Below are positions 47,557-57,460 of a DNA stretch of 64,000 nt, piece after piece; within the stretch, counting starts at the first letter, position 1; every line of letters starts with the position of its first letter. Source of the stretch: Bdellovibrionota bacterium (GTDB taxonomy: Bacteria; Bdellovibrionota_C; UBA2361; CALJRW01). Below the pieces are notes generated by a model that worked only from the letters and a program-made list of their open reading frames with translations, was not told the DNA's origin and searched no databases. The DNA is taken from positions 9,514-73,513 of the forward strand of contig JBGSMD010000061.1 of the NCBI GenBank assembly GCA_041740355.1, read 5' to 3'. The position numbers were made by a program, and so were the translations under genes.

Positions 47557-48825
47557 CTACCGATCACATTCTCCCCCAATCATATTGACCATTCCAAATG
47601 TTGGAATTAAATCAGAAATCTTCTGACCAACTAACATTTCTCTCATTGATCCCATGTGAATGAAACTTGGAGCACGCACGTGAGCACGGTATGGCTTTCC
47701 AGATCCATCTGATACTACATAGAAACCAAGTTCGCCATTTCCACCTTCAACTGGAAAGTAAATATCTCCAATCGCTGGCTGTAATCCCTTAAACACGAGT
47801 TCAAAATGCATAATCATGCCGTCAATTGAATTATAAACTTCTTCTTTTGGAGGTAAAACAACTCGTGGGTCATCAACGTTAATCGGACCTTCCGGCATAT
47901 TCTTAAGTGCCTGCTCGCAGATTAATAGCGACTGCTCAATTTCATTAAAACGTACAAGGAAACGATCATAGTTATCACCCTTAGTTCCAAGTGGAACTTC
48001 AAAATCAAAATCTTCGTAAGAAGAATATGGAAATGCTTTGCGAACATCATAATTAACACCAGTGGATCTCAGCATTGGGCCTGTAAGTCCAAAGCTAATT
48101 GCTTTTTCTGGAGTTAAAATTGCCACATCACACATCCGGTCTAAGAAAATACGATTACGACTTAGTAAGCGATCGCAATCAGCAACTAACTCGCGAACTT
48201 TTTTAAAGGCAATCAGCGCGCGACCTTCGAAACCTGGAGTTAAATCTGCCGCGAGTCCGCCGACACGAGAATAAGAAATAGTTAAACGAGCACCAGTTAC
48301 TTCCTCAATGAGATCCCACAGTGCTTCCCTGCCCTGCATTAAATACAGCATTGCAGTCATCGCACCGAGCTCCATAGCCGAAGCTCCAAGACAAGTTAAG
48401 TGATCGGAAACCCTAGAGATCTCTGACATTAAAACTCGAATATAATCAGTGCGTTTTGGAACTTTAATGCCCATCAATTTTTCAATTGTTAAGCACCAAC
48501 CCACATTATTAATAATGGGAGAAACATAATTTAAACGATCAGTGTATGGCATTACCTGATTATAAGTGACATTCTCGGACATCTTCTCAAAACCACGGTG
48601 TAAGTAGCCTACTTCCACATCGGCGTCCAAAATATCTTCCCCTGAGAGTTCACAAACAATCCGAATAGTACCGTGAGTTGCTGGATGCGTTGGCCCCATA
48701 TTTAGAATCATGCTTTCCGTATGAAGGTCATCATTTAAAGCATGCGGGCGCATAGTCGTGGATAATCCTCCAACACCAAAATCGCTTTCCAACAATGAAG
48801 GTTTTTTAATTTCAGATGAACTCAT
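47557..48825 (-). CDS. nuoD: NADH-quinone oxidoreductase subunit D
   Basis: NMGPTHPATHG, GYLHRGFEK, DRLNY, GELGFY, RAPSF, GECDR. Confidence 0.97.
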   Translation of the reverse strand: MSSSEIKKPSLLESDFGVGGLSTTMRPHALNDDLHTESMILNMGPTHPATHGTIRIVCELSGEDILDADVEVGYLHRGFEKMSENVTYNQVMPYTDRLNYVSPIINNVGWCLTIEKLMGIKVPKRTDYIRVLMSEISRVSDHLTCLGASAMELGAMTAMLYLMQGREALWDLIEEVTGARLTISYSRVGGLAADLTPGFEGRALIAFKKVRELVADCDRLLSRNRIFLDRMCDVAILTPEKAISFGLTGPMLRSTGVNYDVRKAFPYSSYEDFDFEVPLGTKGDNYDRFLVRFNEIEQSLLICEQALKNMPEGPINVDDPRVVLPPKEEVYNSIDGMIMHFELVFKGLQPAIGDIYFPVEGGNGELGFYVVSDGSGKPYRAHVRAPSFIHMGSMREMLVGQKISDLIPTFGMVNMIGGECDR

Positions 48826-49415
48826 GAAGCCTTTTTTGAAATTTGAATTAATTCTGGTCGATGCATAAAGCGGGCTGTATTCTCAACCTCTGGGTAACGA
48901 AGTGGAACTCGAGGTTGCTTCCCTTGAATTGGATAATCTTTACGAAGCGGATGACCAATAAATTCTTCGTACATTAAAATGCGGCGTAAATCTGGATGAC
49001 CTGTAAATTCAACTCCAAACATATCCCACGCTTCCCGCTCCATAAAGTTAGCACTTAAATATGAACCTGTAAGTGTTGGTACGGCTGGCTTACTTTCTGA
49101 AGCTGAGACTTTGAGTACTAATCTTCTAGAATGTTTAATACTCAAAAAATGATAGACCACATCGAAACGATCACTAGTAAGCCTTGGAAAGAAGTCCTGG
49201 TCCATGAAGTCCACTACTGTCACATTAAGCAACATGTTAAAAGAATAATCAGATTGATCTTTAAGTAGCTCAACTACCTCTATTAGATCGCTAGCGTTGA
49301 TTCGAAATTCGGGATTAAAGGCAGAGAGATTTTGAGCAATAATTTTGCCGGACAACTCTTTTTTTAACTTTTCACACCAATCTGGGATATTAGTAGTAAC
49401 TTCTTCGACGGACAT
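48822..49415 (-). CDS. nuoC: NADH-quinone oxidoreductase subunit C
   Basis: EREAWDMFGVEFTGHPDLRRILMYEEFIGHPLRKDYP. Confidence 0.96.
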   Translation of the reverse strand: MSVEEVTTNIPDWCEKLKKELSGKIIAQNLSAFNPEFRINASDLIEVVELLKDQSDYSFNMLLNVTVVDFMDQDFFPRLTSDRFDVVYHFLSIKHSRRLVLKVSASESKPAVPTLTGSYLSANFMEREAWDMFGVEFTGHPDLRRILMYEEFIGHPLRKDYPIQGKQPRVPLRYPEVENTARFMHRPELIQISKKAS

Positions 49416-49471
49416 ATCTGATTTCTATAAATTGTAGAGCATTAATACAATGTTATAGACGCGCTGTAAAC

Positions 49472-49634
49472 CTATCCATGACAGGCTTTAGCCTGTCATG
49501 GATAGTCGCGTCGAAGCTTTAGCGAAGACGGACTCTTTTTAAAATAGAGCTGCATTGACAGGCTTTAGCCTGCCCTGCATAGTCACGTCGTAGCCTTAGA
49601 ACGATGTCAATCGTTCGCAAGGCGAAGACGGACT
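49472..49634. repeat. Two tandem composite REP-like units (BIME-like)
   Basis: Unit 1 CTATCCATGACAGGCT-TT-AGCCTGTCATGGATAG + TCGCGTCGAAGCTTTAGCGAAGACGGACT; unit 2 (49551-49634) has the same layout with an extra GAACGAT/ATCGTTC hairpin inserted. Confidence 0.8.
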
Positions 49635-49692
49635 GTCAGCAAAAAGAAGAATATTGATCTAGCTTTAGCCATTTATTGCGAATCTTCAACTA

Positions 49693-50439
49693 CTATTGCT
49701 GGCCCGCCTTACCCAAGCTATCGGCAAACTTATCAAGCATTGGATTAAGTTGTTCCATAGCTTGCTGCGTAGAAATTTCAGGCATCTTGGGACTAAACAT
49801 TGCAACTATGATTGCTAGTATCAGTGAAACAGCAATTATAGAAATGATTGAAACAACGGTAAAAATAATTTTTTTATCTTCACTTACCCCAAGCATCGGC
49901 ACTACCCCAAGGAAATAAATATAAAAACAATATAGCCCTACTAATCCAGCTAAAATTGCCAGACTAGGAATAATACCTAAGACACCAGCGAATAAAGCTG
50001 GGAGATAAGCAAAAGCAATCAGCTTAAAACTATCATCAAAACTAGAAGTTCCATCAAACTTCGGTGAGATCTTTGAAATAATTAATGCATTAAGTAAAAT
50101 AGCCGCAAGCCCTAGCACAATTTGAAAGATCATCCCTACCAACGATGAAAAAAATGGTGGTCGATGTGTGCCAAAAAATGGAATTGACATTCCAAAGATC
50201 TGCATGCCAAGAAAACCTGCAAAACATGATAGAATCATTACAGGCATAAGATATTTAATGTATATATCTTTAATTGAGTTTTCTTCCTGCTTGACCTCAC
50301 TCCAAGTTGCTAGTGGTGCAACAAGCAAATTTTTTACACGATTCAAAATCTGTAATGGATTTATCTTTGACAAACATTCATTTAAAAAAGTTTTAGTTTT
50401 TTCAGAAGTTTCCGATTCAGAGTTATTAGTTTCATTCAT
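49693..50439 (-). CDS. Yip1-family membrane protein (DUF1282-like)
   Basis: RVKNLLVAP..TW..V, five TM segments, SPKFDG…KLIAFAYLP, LGVVPMLGV. Confidence 0.8.
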   Translation of the reverse strand: MNETNNSESETSEKTKTFLNECLSKINPLQILNRVKNLLVAPLATWSEVKQEENSIKDIYIKYLMPVMILSCFAGFLGMQIFGMSIPFFGTHRPPFFSSLVGMIFQIVLGLAAILLNALIISKISPKFDGTSSFDDSFKLIAFAYLPALFAGVLGIIPSLAILAGLVGLYCFYIYFLGVVPMLGVSEDKKIIFTVVSIISIIAVSLILAIIVAMFSPKMPEISTQQAMEQLNPMLDKFADSLGKAGQQ

Positions 50440-50608
50440 ATTAAAATAGAAGATAAAATCAATCAGAAGATTTTTTACATTAAAATATTTGGAATAGCTA
50501 CATAAAATTGCGTTACAAAGAATTATGCCAATTTACAATCATTTAATTTGCTTTTTAAGCTTGGAATACTTGAGGTTTTAAGTAAAAAACATTAGTATCC
50601 GCCGCCTT

Positions 50609-52597
50609 ATGACTCTAAGCAATGAAGATCAAGCAATTATTAATGGCGAGGAAAAACTCCTCGACAATACCCTTAAATCCCTAACCCAAGAACGTGAGCA
50701 CTTAATTAATCGGCAATATCAACAGTCAAATTTAGCTCGGGAACTAACCTCTGAAATTGTTAATACTATTCGTGCTGAGGAAAAGGTTCAGATATACTCT
50801 GATGAGGCAGTTGCCCATGGACTAGTACAGAAATCAATTGATTCGATTGCAATCCTTGAAAAGCAAATTAAGTCCCCATATTTCGCGAGGTTAGAGCTAG
50901 AAGAGGAATTACCAAACGGTCAAATTAAAAAGATTGAATATAAAATTGGTAAAAATGCCAATCCCGACTGCCGGATCATCGACTGGCGGAAAGCTCCTAT
51001 TGCTAAATTGTATTACGAATATAATGAAGGTGATTTCTATGACGAAGTTATTCAAGGACAAGAACGTCAGGGTGAAATTAAACTAAAACATTCATTTGAG
51101 ATCGTGAGTAGTGATTTAAAAAAAATCATAACCAGTTCAAAAAGTTTTCAAAAAAACAATCAAGTTTGGCAGAAAGCCAAAGACACACAAGGGCCTAAAA
51201 GTTCTTACTCTAGGTTACCCGACATCCTAGCACTAATTACCGCTGAACAATTTAAAAGTATCACTAATGATCCGGAGCTCCCGGTAATGATCCAAGGTGT
51301 CGCCGGTTCAGGAAAAACTGCAGTTGCCATTCACCGACTAAGTTGGTTGCTCCATGAAGGAAATTCAGAAGTGAAAGCAAATGAAGTAATCTTTACTGTT
51401 AAGAGTCCGGCACTTTTACACTACATCAAGAATTCTTTGCTTGAATTTGAATTAGAATCTGTTACACTAGTTTCCCTTACAGATTTCCTAAAACTAATTT
51501 TAAGAAAACTTGGCAGTCAGCAATACCAAAATCAAGAAATTAGTTTTCCAGGAGATAACTTACCAACTTCCTTTAAACGTCTTCTCTACTCCACGGCAGT
51601 AGAGAAGCGTATAGCTGGGCACTTAGAAAATAACCCTAGCTTTCAAATCAACAGTACAGAAGAAGCGCTAACTTTTGCTCAGGGCTTATTCTCAGAGTAT
51701 GCAAAAATTATTGAATTAGACCAAACTCGCTTGATTTCTAAAGAGTTAATCTTCAGCGCAAAAGATCGAATTTCTAAATATGCCGAAGATGCCTGTTTCG
51801 ATCCGGAAGTCTTAGTATTAGCATTTAACATCTGGCAAAAAGTGGATCCTAAAAAGTTTAAAGGAACTTTCGGACATTTAATCATTGATGAAATTCAAGA
51901 TTACTCAAAGCCCGAATTACAGTTACTTTTAAATTGCTTAAAAGAAAAAAACCAAGTGACGTTACTGGGTGACTTAAACCAAAATTTAAATTTAGAATTT
52001 GGTTTTCCAGGTTGGGAATTCTTAAAAAAAGAAATTGCAACTTTGGGGCACATTGGTACAAATCTAATTCAATTGAAAATTTCACATCGTTCTACTTTGC
52101 CAATTATTAAAGTTGCACAAGAAATTTCTGGCGAGAATCATGCTCCGGATGGTCGACCTGGAAAACTGCCTATTTGGTTTAGCTGTGCCAATGAAGACTC
52201 AGCACTAAGTGCCACAATCAAATGGATCCAAACTGCACAAGAGAAATATCCCACTAGCTTAACGGCTGTGATCTGCTCAACTCCGCAAGAAGCGCGAAGT
52301 CTCTATGGAATGCTAGCGCCAAGTTTCTCTAGTTCTGTAAGATTATTAGAAAATGATTTTAACTTGGCTGCTGGAATTGTTGTGTCGGATGTTAGTCAGA
52401 CTAAAGGTTTGGAATTTTATAACGTATTGGTTTGGAACGTTTCGGAGGTGAATTATCCGCGAGCTAGCCATTATCAAAGATTATTATACGTTGCTTGCAC
52501 TCGAGCTGAAGAAAACTTGAGCTTTATTACTTGGAGTAAAGCAAGTGAATTACTAAAAGGACTTCCACAAAATTTAATCAGGAAGTTTAATTATTAA
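50609..52597 (+). CDS. HelD-like SF1 ATPase (RNA polymerase recycling factor family / UvrD-like)
   Basis: PYFARL…IIDWRKAPIAKLYY N-terminal signature, IQGVAGSGKT…HRL.WL, IIDEIQD, LGDLNQ, HRST, KGLEF, LYVACTRA. Confidence 0.8.
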   Translation: MTLSNEDQAIINGEEKLLDNTLKSLTQEREHLINRQYQQSNLARELTSEIVNTIRAEEKVQIYSDEAVAHGLVQKSIDSIAILEKQIKSPYFARLELEEELPNGQIKKIEYKIGKNANPDCRIIDWRKAPIAKLYYEYNEGDFYDEVIQGQERQGEIKLKHSFEIVSSDLKKIITSSKSFQKNNQVWQKAKDTQGPKSSYSRLPDILALITAEQFKSITNDPELPVMIQGVAGSGKTAVAIHRLSWLLHEGNSEVKANEVIFTVKSPALLHYIKNSLLEFELESVTLVSLTDFLKLILRKLGSQQYQNQEISFPGDNLPTSFKRLLYSTAVEKRIAGHLENNPSFQINSTEEALTFAQGLFSEYAKIIELDQTRLISKELIFSAKDRISKYAEDACFDPEVLVLAFNIWQKVDPKKFKGTFGHLIIDEIQDYSKPELQLLLNCLKEKNQVTLLGDLNQNLNLEFGFPGWEFLKKEIATLGHIGTNLIQLKISHRSTLPIIKVAQEISGENHAPDGRPGKLPIWFSCANEDSALSATIKWIQTAQEKYPTSLTAVICSTPQEARSLYGMLAPSFSSSVRLLENDFNLAAGIVVSDVSQTKGLEFYNVLVWNVSEVNYPRASHYQRLLYVACTRAEENLSFITWSKASELLKGLPQNLIRKFNY

Positions 52598-52625
52598 AAA
52601 ACATATTAAATATTTGTGGCGATGT

Positions 52626-53753
52626 TTAACTGTGATTAACAATTTTTCCATCTTTAAAAAGCTTCACTTCTAATTTATTGAAACTTCTGGTCGCACCATC
52701 CGGGTCCATAGTAATTATCCCAGACAACCCTTGATAATCTTTAAGTTCTAATAAGTACGTTTGAAATTTCTTGGCCTCAAGTTCAGCTGATGTATTGGTT
52801 TTAATGTAATCAATAATAATATTAGCAGTATCGTAAGAAGGCACAGTTGAAATATCAAAAAAAGGCTGTCGCCCCTCTAATTTTTGAAACTCTTCCAGAT
52901 ATGATTGATATGCGGGAGTCCGCGGAGCCTCCCAAACGGCTACTAATGCTCCATCGGCTGTTCCTTTTGCCGCCGCTTGAAATCCAGGACTTGTTACGGT
53001 TGCTACTGTGTAAAATTCAGCATCGACTCCTAAACTTCTAGCTTGATACATTGCTAAGCCAAGAGGATCATACCCATAAAGTAAAAGGGATTTAATATTT
53101 TTACTTTTGAATTTCTGCAAAATTGACTTAAAATCTGTAGTATTTACATCATAGCCAGCACTTAAATATTCGGTAATACCAAGTTCTTTTAGCTTTTTAA
53201 CACTTTCATTAAACATATTAACTGGAAAAGCATCACCATTAAAATAAATAATGCCTAGAGGTAATTTTTTATTAGCGACAGCATGTTCAATTAAAGTGTA
53301 AGCTAAGTCTTCGGTTGGTTTTGCAATACAGAAAGTACTTGCAGGAAGTTTTGCTAAAGTCTGATCACAATCAAGTGGGTCAATTAAAATAACCCCATCT
53401 TTTTCGGCCATCGGTGCTAACGAAATAACAGCACTATAGGTTAGTGTGAAAATGATCTTCGCTCCATCTTGCTTAACCAATTTTTTGTAGGCCTGAACTG
53501 CTTTAGCAGTAGTGTACTGATCATCCTCCACAACTAATTTTAATTTAGTTCCTGAAGTTCCCTGCCCTGTATTATACTTGGCAAACTGTCTTTCAATAAC
53601 TTTGACGCTATCGATGCCTAAAACAGCCGAGTTACCTGTTAAGGGCCCAATCCAGCCAATTTTTATTGGAGATTCCGCAATAACTAAATTAACACTAAAA
53701 AATAGTAGGAAGGTAATTACACAAAGACTTACTGGTATTTTTTTCATAATCAT
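52626..53753 (-). CDS. Periplasmic binding protein, LivJ/LivK-like (type 1 fold)
   Basis: Signal peptide, IKIGWIGPLTGNSA..G, VVEDDQY, TDFKSIL.K, YD, YQGLSGIITMD..G. Confidence 0.88.
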   Translation of the reverse strand: MIMKKIPVSLCVITFLLFFSVNLVIAESPIKIGWIGPLTGNSAVLGIDSVKVIERQFAKYNTGQGTSGTKLKLVVEDDQYTTAKAVQAYKKLVKQDGAKIIFTLTYSAVISLAPMAEKDGVILIDPLDCDQTLAKLPASTFCIAKPTEDLAYTLIEHAVANKKLPLGIIYFNGDAFPVNMFNESVKKLKELGITEYLSAGYDVNTTDFKSILQKFKSKNIKSLLLYGYDPLGLAMYQARSLGVDAEFYTVATVTSPGFQAAAKGTADGALVAVWEAPRTPAYQSYLEEFQKLEGRQPFFDISTVPSYDTANIIIDYIKTNTSAELEAKKFQTYLLELKDYQGLSGIITMDPDGATRSFNKLEVKLFKDGKIVNHS

Positions 53754-53761
53754 TAGTTTCT

Positions 53762-54307
53762 TTAATTGCTTATTTCATGCCAAGGAAAATTCCAAGGATC
53801 CGTTTTTGCTTCGTTCTTACTAAGCTCTAAATAGTCTTCTTTGCTAACATTCTGCAAGTCAATCCCTGTGGCCTCCGATCTTTTCACTGCGACTTCAAAA
53901 TGTCCAAGTATATACTTAACGGGATACTGATCTTTTAGCAGAGCAAGCAATGATTTTAAAGATTTAATTTGGATATCGGGATAATTACCTTCGGCCGGGC
54001 TGATCAACTCAATCCCAATACTAAAATCATTTACATTCTCTCGACCATCAGGCATCCGAGATTTTCCAGCATGCCAAGCTCGATTAAGTGGATTAACTAA
54101 TTGGTAAACTTCCCCTGTTTGTGAAATAACATAATGAGCCGATACCTGACAGCGATCTAACCAATTAATACAAGCTTGTGGATTAAGTATATCTTGACCT
54201 TCCTCAGGAAAAGGACAATACATAGAATGTAAAATAATAGTATCAATTGTGATAGCTTCTGGTCGACTATTAAAATGACTGGTAACAAAATTGGTATTTA
54301 TCATCAT
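53762..54307 (-). CDS. ampD: N-acetylmuramoyl-L-alanine amidase (Amidase_2, AmpD-like)
   Basis: IILH, VSAHYVI, RAWHAGKS, NDFSIGIEL, ILGH, KTDP; no signal peptide. Confidence 0.88.
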   Translation of the reverse strand: MMINTNFVTSHFNSRPEAITIDTIILHSMYCPFPEEGQDILNPQACINWLDRCQVSAHYVISQTGEVYQLVNPLNRAWHAGKSRMPDGRENVNDFSIGIELISPAEGNYPDIQIKSLKSLLALLKDQYPVKYILGHFEVAVKRSEATGIDLQNVSKEDYLELSKNEAKTDPWNFPWHEISN

Positions 54308-54318
54308 TTATATTATAC

Positions 54319-55425
54319 ATGAAAATCGATCAGCTTGGCAAAAAGTTTATTGTAGAAGTTGCTGGAACTAGACTTACAGCCGAAGAAAAAGCAATAATCG
54401 AAGAGCTTCAACCTGCTGGATTTATGTTTCGCAAAAGAAACTTTCTGCAAAACGAAAGTTACCAAGTCTGGCTAAAAGAATATCAGCAATTAATTGATGA
54501 ATTACGGATAACTCTACCAGATAAAAAATTAATTTTATCAATTGATCATGAAGGTGGATTAATTATTCGCCCCCCACTCCCAATTACTCGTTTCCCTTAT
54601 CCTTTTTACTGGCAAGATCAAACGATTGCTGTTAGTCAGGCGATTGCCGTAGAACTTAAATCTCTCGGGATTAATTTAAACTTTGCACCAGTTGCTGATA
54701 TTCATTCCAATCCAAATAATCCAGTGATTAACGATCGAGCCTTTGCCTGCTTTGCACCAGAAGTAATCGCCAAGATGGTTCTCTTTATGGAGCAAATGTA
54801 CAGCTTGGGTATTGCATGTTGTGCCAAGCATTTTCCAGGACATGGCAATGCAAGTTCAGATTCTCATATAGATTTGCCTTATTTAGAAAGTACTCTAGAA
54901 GAACTGGAAGCTTGTGAATTACAACCTTTTCAAGCGGCAATTAATCACCGAGTCCCAGCAATTATGCCCGGTCATCTCAATTTCCCAAAGATCGATCCAA
55001 AGAACTTTACAACATTTTCTAAATTTTTTCTGACTGATTTACTTCGAGATAAAATGGGATTTACGGGAATCACAATAGCCGATGCTTTTAGTATGGCCCC
55101 TGCCAAAGCGGAACTTTTCAAACCAGAAATGGTCGCTCGGGCTTGTAATGCCGGACTAGATATTTTTTCCATTGTAGGACCCGGTTTAGAAATTACGGAT
55201 GCACTGATAGTTAGAGATTTAATCTGGGAAAATCTACAAGCAAAGCAAATATCGGAAGTAAGTCTTCAAGTCTCCATTCAAAGAATAGACAAATTTATCG
55301 GTAAGCTTTCGAATTTTGATATAAAAGAAATTGAGCCAACTATCTTAACAAAACATAAATTATTAGCCGAGCGCTTAACTCCGAAAAAGCTTGATCGAAT
55401 GAAAGATATTATTGTTAGTAAGTAG
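54319..55425 (+). CDS. nagZ: Beta-N-acetylhexosaminidase (GH3)
   Basis: SIDHEGG, NLNFAPVAD, KHFPGHG….DSH, IADAFSM. Confidence 0.92.
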   Translation: MKIDQLGKKFIVEVAGTRLTAEEKAIIEELQPAGFMFRKRNFLQNESYQVWLKEYQQLIDELRITLPDKKLILSIDHEGGLIIRPPLPITRFPYPFYWQDQTIAVSQAIAVELKSLGINLNFAPVADIHSNPNNPVINDRAFACFAPEVIAKMVLFMEQMYSLGIACCAKHFPGHGNASSDSHIDLPYLESTLEELEACELQPFQAAINHRVPAIMPGHLNFPKIDPKNFTTFSKFFLTDLLRDKMGFTGITIADAFSMAPAKAELFKPEMVARACNAGLDIFSIVGPGLEITDALIVRDLIWENLQAKQISEVSLQVSIQRIDKFIGKLSNFDIKEIEPTILTKHKLLAERLTPKKLDRMKDIIVSK

Positions 55426-55432
55426 GTAATTA

Positions 55433-56107
55433 TTAAACTCTAAATATATCAGCAATTTCTTCTACATTTGTTGCCTTGTAATCATACCCAATTTTCTCAA
55501 TCTCCGTTAACTGGCTATCACCATAACCATATGTAACATAACAACTACTGACTAGGGCGTTCTTAGCAGCTTGAAGATCTTTAATCGTATCCCCTATTAC
55601 TAAAGTTTGTCCCTTAGAAAACCCAAATTGATCGATAATAGAATTTACGGGTTGTGCAGAAGGTTTAGGTTCAGTAAAAGATTCATGAAAAAATACACCT
55701 TGAAAATACTTACCTATTCCTAAAGTCTCCAGCGTAGGAACTCCAAAAATCTTACTTTTATTTGTTAACAGCGTTAAACAACAAATCTCACTTAAATCCT
55801 TTAATAGTTCTCCCATTCCCGGATACATTTCAGTGTTAATTGGGATTAAATCCAAAAAGATTTCTTTAAATCGATGGTTAAATTCTTGTGCGGTAATCTG
55901 ATTATTAGCCGAAATCTCTTCCACTAAATCACGAATACCCAAAAATGAAGCCAGCTGAATCTGCTCTTCAGGTAAAACTAATTGGTAATGCTCTAAGGTA
56001 GTTCTTAAGGCGCGATTAATACTTGGTTGCGAATTAATAATCGTTCCATCTAAATCAAATATAACTAGTGGGTATAGCGGTTTTAGCTCTAAACTATTAT
56101 AGTCCAT
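55433..56107 (-). CDS. HAD-family phosphatase (Gph/MupP-like)
   Basis: FDLDGTI, LTNK, KPSAQP, IGDT..D, YGYG; lies between nagZ and anmK. Confidence 0.85.
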   Translation of the reverse strand: MDYNSLELKPLYPLVIFDLDGTIINSQPSINRALRTTLEHYQLVLPEEQIQLASFLGIRDLVEEISANNQITAQEFNHRFKEIFLDLIPINTEMYPGMGELLKDLSEICCLTLLTNKSKIFGVPTLETLGIGKYFQGVFFHESFTEPKPSAQPVNSIIDQFGFSKGQTLVIGDTIKDLQAAKNALVSSCYVTYGYGDSQLTEIEKIGYDYKATNVEEIADIFRV

Positions 56108-56181
56108 AGAATTCCTTCTGCTGAGCTGTAGTAAAAACCTTATTAATTAAAGACACTCAGCTTTATTAGCTTTAAAAGTAA

Positions 56182-57444
56182 ATGAATAGACAAATAATAA
56201 CAAGCCTCGGACTTATTAGTGGCACATCAATGGATGGCGTAGATGCTGCTTTAGTTCGTTCCGATGGAGAATACCAATTAGAACGAATAGCAGGATATTT
56301 TTTTGCTTATCCAACAGAAGCACAAATTCTTTTTAAAGCATTGGAATATTCTGCCAAGCAACACCAAGGTAATTTAATTGAAATTGAAAAGCATTTCCTA
56401 ATAGATTGTGAAGCATATCTTCGGATGGTTAATGCTTCACAAACAGTTTTTACCCTTCAGGCTTGGATTAAAACAATCTTTAGTGAAGACCATTTGGATT
56501 TCATGACTGTTTGTCATCTATCATATTATTATAATTATCTCGCGGCTGAGCATCTCTGCTTTGAAAACAAGATTTTGTTCAGTGACATCAACCTAATTGG
56601 TTATCATGGTCAAACAATTTATCATAACCCCGCTAAAAAAATATCCCTGCAAATAGCGGACGCCGCGCTAATGGCCGACTCAACCGGAGTTAATGTTGTT
56701 AGTAATTTTCGCGCCAATGATTTGAAAAATGGCGGACAAGCCGCTCCATTAGCACCAATCTATCACCACGCTTTGGCCAAGCAAAAAGATCTAAGTAATG
56801 CAGTAATTATTAATTGTGGTGGTATCGCTAATATCACTTATCTTGGAAAAGAAGTGGCGGATTTAATTGCCTATGATTCGGGACCAGGCAATGTTTTATT
56901 AGATCGCTTAATTAGAATTAAAACGAATAATCTAAAACAGTTTGATCTAAACGGAGAACTTGGACTAATGGGCAAATGTAATGACTCTGCCTTGGTAGAT
57001 TTATTTGATCATGCTGTAATCTTAAATGGTGAAAACTTTTTTGATATAAAACCACCTAAATCTTTGGACACCAGCAACTTTACTCTACCTAATTCAATCC
57101 TAGAATTACCCTTAGAAGATGCTTGTTGTACCTTAGCAGCTTTTACTGCCGAAGCGGTTTGGAGAGAATTAGCACACCTGCCTTCCTTGCCTGAACAAAT
57201 AATTCTGGCTGGGGGTGGGTGGAATAATCTCTGTATTCGAAAAGAGTTACAACTTAGAAATAAAAATAAAATCCCGTTAGCAACCGCTAGCGAAGCGGGC
57301 TGGAGTACTGATTTTTTAGAAGCTGAACTAATCGCCTACCTAGCGATACGCGCAACATATCGCCTACCAATAACATTTCCTAAAACTACTGGAGTGAATG
57401 AACCATTAACTGGTGGGGACTATTTTAAAGCAGAAGCAATTTAA
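56182..57444 (+). CDS. anmK: Anhydro-N-acetylmuramic acid kinase
   Basis: GLISGTSMDGVD, GYHGQTIYH, FRANDL..GGQAAPLAP, N.GGIANIT, DSGPGN.LLD, PPKSLD, GGG. Confidence 0.95.
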   Translation: MNRQIITSLGLISGTSMDGVDAALVRSDGEYQLERIAGYFFAYPTEAQILFKALEYSAKQHQGNLIEIEKHFLIDCEAYLRMVNASQTVFTLQAWIKTIFSEDHLDFMTVCHLSYYYNYLAAEHLCFENKILFSDINLIGYHGQTIYHNPAKKISLQIADAALMADSTGVNVVSNFRANDLKNGGQAAPLAPIYHHALAKQKDLSNAVIINCGGIANITYLGKEVADLIAYDSGPGNVLLDRLIRIKTNNLKQFDLNGELGLMGKCNDSALVDLFDHAVILNGENFFDIKPPKSLDTSNFTLPNSILELPLEDACCTLAAFTAEAVWRELAHLPSLPEQIILAGGGWNNLCIRKELQLRNKNKIPLATASEAGWSTDFLEAELIAYLAIRATYRLPITFPKTTGVNEPLTGGDYFKAEAI

Positions 57445-57460
57445 AAGCCTATAGCTGCAA

